Assembly (NCBI GenBank): GCA_038045765.1
Contig: JBBSXN010000005.1
Location: 30,905 to 94,904 of the forward strand
DNA from: Nanobdellota archaeon
GTDB taxonomy: Archaea; Nanobdellota; Nanobdellia; Pacearchaeales; GW2011-AR1
Direction of reading: 5' to 3'
Length of the DNA: 64,000 bases
Shown here: positions 25,545 through 35,000 of the stretch, piece after piece
Position numbering within the stretch: position 1 is the first letter of the stretch
Layout: each line of letters starts with the position of its first letter
Notes under the pieces: model-generated
What the model was told of the DNA's origin: nothing
Databases searched by the model: none
Seen by the model: only the letters and a program-made list of their open reading frames with translations
Position numbers and translations under genes: made by a program

Positions 25545-25608
25545 TAGTTTTATTATATTTACAGAAAATTGTTAAAGTATTTAAAGGAATTATCTCTATT
25601 TTATTAGC

Positions 25609-28600
25609 ATGAGAGTTGATAAAAAAAGGGTAATAATTTATATTATATTTACATCAATTATTCTGTCTTCATTATTTTTCTTATTTCCTTCTTCTGTTGA
25701 AGCACAGGGTGCTTGCTCTCTAGGGTGTGCTTTAGGACAAATATGCCGTTCAAATATATGCACAGATATTTGTAATGATGGTACTCCAGTAGGAACTTGC
25801 TCTTTTAGAAAACCTTTATTTTGTAACCCTGATCAAAGATTAATTAATAATATAGCGCAGTGTGGTTGTCCTATAGGAAAGGTTCCTTTGCCTTCAGGAT
25901 ATTGTGGTATAAGGATAAATGAGACTTCTTTTCTTTCAGAGCATTTTGAAGCTGGAAGAGTTGAAAATCTTGATATTTTGCCTCTTCGTGCTGGTCTTCC
26001 TAATCTTGCTTCAGATGCAAGTATAAATGTAGTTGGATTTATCTGTCCTAATCCAGGAGTTAGATTGACTTCTCCTCCTAACCCTAGCGATCTTAATAAT
26101 GTTGTTATTGATTTTACCAGTTACTATGGTGTTAATGGTGAAAAAATATTGAATGATTTTATGTCTGCTCCAATCCGTCTAGATAAGTGGCTTATCAGTT
26201 CGCCTGGTAATATTTTAGATGGGAGAGAATTTATCTATCCTAGACAAAGTGAAGTATGTTATATTCCTAATAATGTTACAAGCCCATATATACAACTTGA
26301 CTTGGGTAGTATAAAATCTTTTAGTGAAGTGACTCTTTCTCTTAGTTATCCATTTATAACTGATTATCAGATTCTTTATTCAAGAGATAATACTAATTGG
26401 AATGTTGCATATACTGGACATGATGAATTAAGTTTAAAAAATACATATACTGATTACTGGAGCTTTGGAACTTATGGGTCAAATGATTTGGGGTACACTA
26501 AAGTACATAGAGACTTAAAAACTAGGGGAGCAATATCTTTCCAAACTGAGATTGGAGGTATAAATTATCAAACTCATCAATTTAGTCATAGTTTTAATCC
26601 TGTTTCTGGACGTTATGTTAGATTTGTTCCTAAAAATTGGTTTGAAAGAGCAGGAGTATATGAAATAGAAATACGCAATCCTGATTCACAATTGCAGTTG
26701 AAAACTAAATGGGATAATGCTATTCAGAAAACTAGATATTTACCTAATGGTTCATATGAATCTCCTGTACTTTTTGCTAATGTCTCTCCTGCAGATCTTT
26801 CTTATCAAAAAATATCTTGGAATTTAGGAAGTAATCAGTTTGCTGATAAAAATATATTAAGAAATGCTGGTCTTGATGTTCCTGAATATGGTTTTATACA
26901 ATTTGATACTGGGAATGTTAATGATTTTTATACATCTACACGTCTTAGTAATGACTTAAGTGATAGAAGCTATGGTTATCCTGGAAACGCTGGTAATGGA
27001 AATATTGGAGGTTCTCCAAATGCTGGTGCAGTGCCTTTAACATTAGCAAATAGACCTAATGATATTTGGGGTGGTAGCATAGCTAATAATGCTCAGTTAA
27101 CTAATCAGGGAATAGGTAATAGCGCCCTTTCTCTGGATGGTGTTGATGATTATGCATTTGCTACTGCTGATCCTTTACTTAGATTAGAAGATAATTTTAC
27201 AATAAGTGCTTGGGTGAAACCTGAAAATGGAGGACCTGTGTTATCTAAAGGTACTGGAAATGGTGTTACGACAGATTATTCTTTTGCAGTTACTACCTTT
27301 GGAATGCAAGGTCAAATAGGCTTCTTTGTAAGAGGACAATTATATCAAACTCCTGCTGATTTATCTATTGATAGTAATTGGCATCATGTTATTGTAACTT
27401 ATGAAAAACCTGGGACATTAAAATTTTATTTAGATAATGCTCTTGTTTATACTGATAATACTGTAAATGGGAATTACGCCGCTGTGCCTTATAACAATCC
27501 GTATTCTGAATATTATAGTGAGACTCTAACTTGGGAAGATTCATTTCTTGTTGGTGCTCATGGAAGATCTGGTGTGACTCCATTTAAAGGTAAGATTGAT
27601 GAGATTATGATCTACGATAGATCTCTTTCTCTTTCAGAGATACAACAAATTAGAAGCTTACAAGTGCCTAAATTAAATGTTGCTGGTGCAGTTGGGAATT
27701 TGCCAGACAATTTGAACAAACTTCTTCTTGCTTACTGGGATTTTTCAGGTTCAGTTATTCCTAGCACTTATAAACCGTACCAGTATTGGACTTCGTATAC
27801 AACAAGTAGATGGAATAATGGAAATAAAATACCTAATAGAGTCGCTCCGCAATATTCTCAAATTTTAAGTGGTAGTTATCCGGAAGCAGGACATGCTAAT
27901 GTTGCTTATGGCGGTCCAAAATGTGCATTCGATGATAAATGGGCTGGACAGCTAACTAGTAGCGGTGGTGTTCCTAATTTACCTTGTGTCTATCATCCTG
28001 CAGAAGCTGCTTTTCAAAAACCTGGCTATGAAGGTACTGTTTCCTGGGCTTTGGATACAAGTAGTCATAGACTAGATTTAGGAGTTGCTTTTGGTGCAAA
28101 TACTACTAGTGATTCTGTTAAAGGGAGAGCTTTAATTCTGGATGGAGTTGATGATTATCTTTCAAGACCTTTTCCACCACTTTTTCTTACTCAAAGTGGA
28201 GAAGTTAATCATCTTAATATCGGAACTGGAGATTTCTCAGGTTCAGTTTGGATTAAAGATCCATCTGTCCAATGGTCAGGAGTATTTTCCAAAGGTAGAG
28301 GTAATCCAGGGTTTGATGGTCTTCTTTCTGGTGCTTATGATTTATTTGTTAGTCGTAATGGCGATTCTGCAGGAGTTGCTTTTAGAATTATTGACGCAAA
28401 TAGAAATGTCCGAATTGTTGAAACAAGTTATAGTGGTGCTAGTCAGTGGCATCATATCTCTTTCACTCTTAATAGGGCTAGTCAAGAAATGAAAATATAT
28501 GTAGATGGAAATCTTGCAAGCACATATACGGGAGGTATTTCTACTGCTTCAATGGTTAATAATTATCCTTTTGTTATTGGCGCTCAGCAATTTATGCAAG

Positions 28601-30840
28601 AAGATCTTCCAATGCATACAAATTATGCTGGTAAAATTGATGAGCTTAGATTATATGGAAGAATGTTAAGTGTGAGCGAGATTCAACAGCTTGCAAATGA
28701 AAGAACCTCTCCTGTGCAGGCAGGCACAGATATTGGTCTTAAGGGATTTTGGAAATTTGATGAATCAGATTATGTTTACTTTCCTAAAGATATAAGTGTT
28801 GCACATGGAATTAGATTTGTCTTGCCTGCTGGATCTAGTTTTGATAGAGTTGCTATAAGTGAACTTCAAGATAGAATCTCTTATATTGATCTTAGAGGTA
28901 TTATTACTCTTGCTAAGGAACCTACTGGAAACTATAATACTGTAACTGTTTTTGATTTACCACAAAGACAAACTGCTGAAGCAGGAGGCGAATGGTACAC
29001 TATTTTATTATATACTAGAGTTGTTCCAGGATTACACGAAAGAACTCCATTAGTTTGGGAAATTGGATTATTAGAAACTGCTAATGCTGGTTCTTTACCT
29101 CCAGTTAATTTTGGAGATTTACACGCTAAATTTCAGTTTAGATCTGGAGATAGTGAAAGTGCTGTCTTGAGTGCTCCGTGGACTGGATCTGATGGGACTA
29201 GTGCAACATTTTATGATTCCTCTGGTCAGGCAATTAATTCTATTCATAATGGTAATTCTTATTATCAGTATAGATTTATAGCTTCTACAGAAGATAATAG
29301 ATATACTCCTGTTGTTGATAATGTTACAGTCACTTATGCTGGGAAGATAAATTTAGCCCCTAGGGCTTATATAAAAAATCCTGGGAAAATTTTTACATTT
29401 GAGAATACTGAATTTGATGCATCATTAAGTAGAGATGATGCATTTATTGAAAGATACGACTGGGATTTCGGAGATGGAACAGTTGCTTCTGGAGGAAATG
29501 AAGTTAAAAGAACCAATCATCAATATTCATCTCCTGGAGAATATACTGTTCATCTTACAGTTTATGATTCTGCTGGATTTTCTGGAGAAACTTATCTTAC
29601 TGTTAATGTTGATCCCTTTGACTGCATGACTCCAGATACAGTTGGAAATGCAGATACTGAAATTTTTGGAGCTATATCTGGTTCAAATGTAGAAGAAATG
29701 GTAGGTAATGCTCTTATTGAATATGCTGAAAAACACGATATGGTTAGTATAGCCTCTATTGACACTTCTGAAGAATATATGGATGCTGCACTTGAATATC
29801 TTGAAGAGCATATGAGTTATCTTACTCCTAGACGACAATGTTTTGAAACTCATGGAGGATTACCTCGCTGGCCGGTCTCACTTGATAGAATTACGGACGT
29901 TACACCTCAATGTGGATGTCCTGAAGGAGCTGATTTCTGTGGTAATTGTCAAGACTTCTCTATTGCTTATACTACTCTAGTAAGGGCGATGGGTGTAAAT
30001 AGTAAATGTGTGTATAGTGCAATTACTGAATCAATATTACCATTTCAAACTAAAGGTACTCATGCATATAATGTTATTTTGTATAAGGGTAAATATAGAA
30101 TGGTAGAACCTCAAGGGAATAGTTTAACTTCCAAATTTAGAATAAACAGCTTAGAATGGTCTAATGGGGAATTGCCTTATTATTTGACGGGCTCTATCTC
30201 TAATGATCAAATAGGTAGACAGGAAGATGGTGCTTTGCCTATAACAACAAGACAAACAATACTTGCTTCTAAGATTAAAAACTATCCAGGATCTACGGGA
30301 CTTCCAGATTCTGGAAGAAGATGTGTACCTGCAGGATATTTGAATCTTAGCACTGAAACTCAAAGATTAAATTTTGTTGCTCAGCAAATGTATTTGTTAA
30401 CTTATGTTTATAATTCTGCAGAATATGAAGCAGCTCCTGATAAATGCACTTATTCTGTTAATTTTAATTTAAGAAAGATATTGGGCAGGGCACCTACAAC
30501 TAGTGAAATTGGAAGATTTGAAACTTGTACAAGCACAGGAAATGGGATAAAATGGAATGAATATAATAGGTATATGAGTGAAATTGATTTTAAGAATACA
30601 TTTAAACAATCTTTTACTTTATTTGCTACTGGTGCTAATGGTGATTTTATGGCTATAAATGAAAATATATTTTTAGAAAAACTTTACGCGTATTTAATGG
30701 GTTTTCCAATTACTGATACTGTTAATCAGAATAAAGAAGATCTTGCTAGAGGATGGCATAGAGATACTAAGTATTCTTTCTATAGATCTTTCTATTCAGG
30801 TTATGATCCTTTGGAGGTGTTTGAAGATGTTTGTCCGTAA
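25609..30840 (+). CDS. 1743-aa secreted multidomain protein: Cys-rich N-module, discoidin (F5/8C)-like, 2x LamG, PKD, C-terminal transglutaminase-like core
   Basis: Signal IIFTSIILSSLFFLFPSSVEAQ. YIQLDLGSIKSF...YQILYSRDNTNW...GRYVRFVP..YEIEI (discoidin, about 26170-26680). LSLDGVDDYAF...WHHVIVTY...GKIDEIMIYDRSLS (about 27100-27660) and LILDGVDDYLS...WHHISFTL...GKIDELRLYGRMLS (about 28110-28700) are LamG. YDWDFGDGT...GEYTVHLTVYDSAG (PKD, about 29380-29615). GNCQDFSIAYTTLVRAMGV...THAYNVILYKGKYRMVEPQ (transglutaminase-like Cys/His core, about 29900-30120). No C-terminal TM. Confidence 0.7.
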   Translation: MRVDKKRVIIYIIFTSIILSSLFFLFPSSVEAQGACSLGCALGQICRSNICTDICNDGTPVGTCSFRKPLFCNPDQRLINNIAQCGCPIGKVPLPSGYCGIRINETSFLSEHFEAGRVENLDILPLRAGLPNLASDASINVVGFICPNPGVRLTSPPNPSDLNNVVIDFTSYYGVNGEKILNDFMSAPIRLDKWLISSPGNILDGREFIYPRQSEVCYIPNNVTSPYIQLDLGSIKSFSEVTLSLSYPFITDYQILYSRDNTNWNVAYTGHDELSLKNTYTDYWSFGTYGSNDLGYTKVHRDLKTRGAISFQTEIGGINYQTHQFSHSFNPVSGRYVRFVPKNWFERAGVYEIEIRNPDSQLQLKTKWDNAIQKTRYLPNGSYESPVLFANVSPADLSYQKISWNLGSNQFADKNILRNAGLDVPEYGFIQFDTGNVNDFYTSTRLSNDLSDRSYGYPGNAGNGNIGGSPNAGAVPLTLANRPNDIWGGSIANNAQLTNQGIGNSALSLDGVDDYAFATADPLLRLEDNFTISAWVKPENGGPVLSKGTGNGVTTDYSFAVTTFGMQGQIGFFVRGQLYQTPADLSIDSNWHHVIVTYEKPGTLKFYLDNALVYTDNTVNGNYAAVPYNNPYSEYYSETLTWEDSFLVGAHGRSGVTPFKGKIDEIMIYDRSLSLSEIQQIRSLQVPKLNVAGAVGNLPDNLNKLLLAYWDFSGSVIPSTYKPYQYWTSYTTSRWNNGNKIPNRVAPQYSQILSGSYPEAGHANVAYGGPKCAFDDKWAGQLTSSGGVPNLPCVYHPAEAAFQKPGYEGTVSWALDTSSHRLDLGVAFGANTTSDSVKGRALILDGVDDYLSRPFPPLFLTQSGEVNHLNIGTGDFSGSVWIKDPSVQWSGVFSKGRGNPGFDGLLSGAYDLFVSRNGDSAGVAFRIIDANRNVRIVETSYSGASQWHHISFTLNRASQEMKIYVDGNLASTYTGGISTASMVNNYPFVIGAQQFMQEDLPMHTNYAGKIDELRLYGRMLSVSEIQQLANERTSPVQAGTDIGLKGFWKFDESDYVYFPKDISVAHGIRFVLPAGSSFDRVAISELQDRISYIDLRGIITLAKEPTGNYNTVTVFDLPQRQTAEAGGEWYTILLYTRVVPGLHERTPLVWEIGLLETANAGSLPPVNFGDLHAKFQFRSGDSESAVLSAPWTGSDGTSATFYDSSGQAINSIHNGNSYYQYRFIASTEDNRYTPVVDNVTVTYAGKINLAPRAYIKNPGKIFTFENTEFDASLSRDDAFIERYDWDFGDGTVASGGNEVKRTNHQYSSPGEYTVHLTVYDSAGFSGETYLTVNVDPFDCMTPDTVGNADTEIFGAISGSNVEEMVGNALIEYAEKHDMVSIASIDTSEEYMDAALEYLEEHMSYLTPRRQCFETHGGLPRWPVSLDRITDVTPQCGCPEGADFCGNCQDFSIAYTTLVRAMGVNSKCVYSAITESILPFQTKGTHAYNVILYKGKYRMVEPQGNSLTSKFRINSLEWSNGELPYYLTGSISNDQIGRQEDGALPITTRQTILASKIKNYPGSTGLPDSGRRCVPAGYLNLSTETQRLNFVAQQMYLLTYVYNSAEYEAAPDKCTYSVNFNLRKILGRAPTTSEIGRFETCTSTGNGIKWNEYNRYMSEIDFKNTFKQSFTLFATGANGDFMAINENIFLEKLYAYLMGFPITDTVNQNKEDLARGWHRDTKYSFYRSFYSGYDPLEVFEDVCP

Positions 30841-32086
30841 TTTTATTTTAACTTTTATTTTTGCTTTGGCGTTTATGAGTTTCTCTACTTCAGCCGTTTC
30901 ATATTATAATGGAAATGTGAGTGTAGAACAGATTATAGGATATACTCTCATTAATGATACTCAATCTGCACAAGTAGTTATGTCATATGCTTTAAAAAAT
31001 TCAGGTAGCTCTTCTACACAAATAACTATATCATTTCCAGGTTTTCCAGATGATGCGAAATATAATGTTTCTGAAACAAGAGGAAGAGATTTGAGAATTA
31101 ATCTTCCTGTTGGTGTTACAAATGTTCTTGTGTCTTTCAATCAGGATTTTGACTCTTCTTCAAAACTATCTTTAAGTCCTGGATATCGTTTGGATGATAA
31201 ATTACCTGTAAATAAAGTTTTACAACAGCAATATACTTTTGAATTAAAATCTAATGAAATTTCTTTGCTTTCGAGTGAACCTGAGATTGCTGCTGTTGGG
31301 GGAAAGATATATAATTTTATTGCGAGCAATTCCTATACTCAAAAACTAAGAATAGAAATAGTTAGTAAAAATTTACAAGCTTATGCTTATAGAACGGTTA
31401 GTGCATATAGTCAAGTTGGAGATATAATTAATCTTGCTACTACTGTAATTAATACTGGTAGCGCTCCTTTAGATGGTTTAAGTTTAGAAGATAGTATCTT
31501 TGCAACTTATTTTGAGCCAGTTTCTTCAGGATTCACTTCTTATGCTCCTCAAGAAGCAAGTGAACCTTTGTATATCTACTCTGCTTCATTGCCTACTCTC
31601 TCTCCTGGAGAAAATCATACTATTAATTATTCTGTTAAAGTTATAAGAATGGGAAGTCTTCCATTTACTGGCGCTAGAATATTGTATAAAGGAAATTTCT
31701 TAACTTCTACAGATGCTAGCGAACCAATAATATTCCCATTACAAGTTGCTCAGCAAATAAATCCTGTTAATGTAAGTAATGCTCAAGCTAGTGTGAAAGA
31801 AGAAATTTTACCTCCGAGGGAAGATTTTCTAAATGATACAATTCCTCCTGGAGAACAACCACCAATATTCAGACCTGAAGAAAAGGAAATGTTCTTTCAA
31901 CAAGTGGAAAAAGAAAATAAGAGTGAAAATATATTCATGATAATTATAATTTTATTTATGGTATTATTACTTTCTCTAGGATATTTTGCTTGGCATAGGT
32001 ATAAAGAGATTATAATGGAAAGTTTTTCAGATTTGGATTTATCATCACTAAAATTCTGGGAGAAAAATCAAAATGAAAAAGAATAA
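30827..32086 (+). CDS. 419-aa anchored surface protein (DUF11/CARDB-like region), translationally coupled to the 1743-aa gene
   Basis: Start moved to ATG 30827 (MFVRNFILTFIFALAFMSFSTSAVS), overlapping the upstream stop by 14 nt. GDIINLATTVINTGSAPLDGLSLEDS is DUF11/CARDB-like. C-terminal TM IFMIIIILFMVLLLSLGYFAW plus a tail. Confidence 0.5.
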   Translation: MFVRNFILTFIFALAFMSFSTSAVSYYNGNVSVEQIIGYTLINDTQSAQVVMSYALKNSGSSSTQITISFPGFPDDAKYNVSETRGRDLRINLPVGVTNVLVSFNQDFDSSSKLSLSPGYRLDDKLPVNKVLQQQYTFELKSNEISLLSSEPEIAAVGGKIYNFIASNSYTQKLRIEIVSKNLQAYAYRTVSAYSQVGDIINLATTVINTGSAPLDGLSLEDSIFATYFEPVSSGFTSYAPQEASEPLYIYSASLPTLSPGENHTINYSVKVIRMGSLPFTGARILYKGNFLTSTDASEPIIFPLQVAQQINPVNVSNAQASVKEEILPPREDFLNDTIPPGEQPPIFRPEEKEMFFQQVEKENKSENIFMIIIILFMVLLLSLGYFAWHRYKEIIMESFSDLDLSSLKFWEKNQNEKE

Positions 32087-35000
32087 TTTATATAATCAGA
32101 TAATTGCCTTTCTTTTTATTTTTCTTTTATTAAGTTCTAATGTTTATGCAAGTGTTTTCCAAGGTTCATCTGATAATGACAATGGGGGTATGAATGAGGC
32201 TGGAGGAGATAATCTTCCACCAGATACTAGCGATTCTAGTTCTGAACCTGTTTACGCTCAGCCAGATCCTGTTATAGAAGCGATTGCTATTGCTGCCCAG
32301 GCTGCTGGAGATTCTCATGTTAGTGCGGAAACTGTGGAAGCGGCTACTGCTGCTGTGGAAGCAGCTATTGCAGAAGCAGTTAGTTCTGGAGCATCTGAAC
32401 AAGTTGCTCAAGAAGCGGCTATCGCTGCTGCTAGAGTAATTATTGAAGGAGGTAGTAGTGTTGAGGCTGCACAAGTTGCAAGTGCGATAATTACAAGCGA
32501 TACTTCTGTTGCTGATAATGATAATCGTCCTACAGCAGATACTAATCAACAAGGGCGTGCTGAAGCAACATCTACTGCAAATCAGGTACAAGTAAATACA
32601 GATAAAAGTGATTCTGAACAGGCTAAACAAGCTACAAAAGGAATTAAAGAAAGAACAAATCAAGAGATTAGAAATAAATTAGCAGAAGGAGATCCAGATG
32701 CTAAAAAAACTTTAATACAAAGAGCAGTAGAATTTTTTAAAAATATTCCTAAGAGAGTTGCTCAAGCTGCTAGAGATGCCGTTATGCTACCAGTTAATAT
32801 TGTCAATGCAATTCGTGCAGGTGATTGGGGGGAAGTTGCTAGATTAGTAACTACTACTGCTGTTACTGTTGCTGGGCTTTTGCTTGGCGCTCCTCCAGGT
32901 CTTACAACGGCTGTTAATGAACTAATAAATCGAGTTGTGGATCAAAATAGAAATTTCAATAATATATTTCCCAACGGAGTTCCCCCATTAGATGTAAGTA
33001 CATTAAGTCCTGCTGCTGCTGAAGCCCTTGCTAATAAACTGAGGTCTGATGGTAATACTGTTCAAGTTCATACTGAAACTATTATCAATAATCGTGGTGA
33101 AACTCAAATAGTTGTTACAAGTATTCAAATTATTGGTGCTGGGGAAGGTGAAAGTAGAAGCACTCAAGTAAATATTAATGGTATAACTCATACAGTTACT
33201 ATTTCTGGTGATGGGACTGGAGTGAGTGTAAGTGCTCCTAGCCAACATCCCGAAGTGAATTTTCTTCAACCTGGTTGGGATTTTGGTGCATTCTCTCCAT
33301 TGATTGCTCCTGTTTGCGGTGATGGAAATATTGTTTTACCTGAGCAGTGTGAGATTGCTGATATTTCAGAAATATTAAGTAATCCTAGTTGTCCTAACCC
33401 TCTTACTTGTTCTGGTCGTTTAACTGCAGTGGTGCCTCCATTCGCAGCATGTATTGATACATGTCAGTGTCTTTATGATGTTCCTTCTGTTGACGATTGG
33501 CAATATATTGTGGATAGTTGTGGAGCAGAGTGCAATGCTACTAATACTATTAATTGTCTTGCAGGAGAAGTCTGTAGTAATGGTGAATGTACTACTAGTA
33601 ACTTCTGTGGAAATGGAGTTGTTGATATTGTACAAGGAGAAGAATGTGATACTGGATTGGGAGCCGTTCTTTCTTGTGCCATAGGTGAAATTTGTAATAG
33701 CTGTCAATGTATTTCTGTAACTACTAATTGTAATGATGGAATGCAGCAAGTAGGTGAAGTTTGTGATACTGGAATTCCTAGTCAGAGAATTAGATTTACT
33801 CCTCCCGTTGCTGGTAATATTGGAATCTGTAGAGCTGCTTGTGAAGATTGTATTTGTTCTGGTGGAACAAGTAATTATGGTCATATTGGGACTCCGACTT
33901 CTGGACAGATAGGTGTTGGTCCTGCACTTGGTGGTGAAGCTTGTCAAGCTAAAAATTTAGATGGAAATTATGATTTGGCTAGGGATGAAGATTGCGATGG
34001 TGGAATTGATGAAGGATGTGCGTGTGCTGTTGGAGATACTAGGGCTTGTGGAGAAAGAGGTGGTGCTTGTGGAATTGGTGGAACTCAAACATGCGTCTTA
34101 GATGCAACTTTAGGAGAAGGAAGATGGGGTGTTTGCACAGGAACTTACCAGCCTCAAAATGAAATTTGTAATGGTATAGATGATGATTGCGATTTAGAAG
34201 TAGATGAATGTGGTTGTCAAAACTTTTTCTATTTCAATAGAGCATTTTGGGAAAGTTATGATGGGCTTAGTTTTAGTCCAGTTTCTACCGTGTCAGTAAA
34301 TAATACTGTCTATTTGACTGTTGATACTAATTTAACTTATGGTGCGCCTGTTAATTTAACTATATATGAATCTGATTGTTCTAGCGGGAATTTATTTGCT
34401 ACGAGCTGTTCTCAAAAAGTAGCTGGATTGAATACTACTATAACCAACAGTTTAACAAAAATAGGAAAGATTGACTGGAATGTTAGTGATCAGGTTATTG
34501 CTTCTACAAGCGGTGCTGCTCCTGGAGGGATAGCTGATGGATTGTTGAATAGAACTTTCTTCTTTATTGCTAATACTAGTGGTCAGACAATAACTAGTAG
34601 TATGTTATTTGTTGATTTGATTAATATTATAACTCCTCCTGGAAGTTGCAATATAGATATCGTTACTGGTGTTGGTAAGTTAAATCATCGTGGAATTTAT
34701 TTCGCAAATAAGAGTATTGAATTCAATCAGAGTAGAGTTGGAGAAAATGTAAATGTTCAGTGGGTAATTGAAGGAGAAAATGAACCTATTGTAAATAAAA
34801 ATGAAAAGAGTTTTGTAATGAACTTTTCTAGAGCTGGGCAGAAGACAATTACTCTTAACGCTAATATTCCTGGATGTGCTGAACAAAACAGACAAGTTTC
34901 AATATTAGTTACTGATGGTCCTGGATTATTTACTTATATTAATGCACCATTCCATAAGCAAGTGTTCAAGTTTGCTACTGATACTATTAGTGTTAATTAT

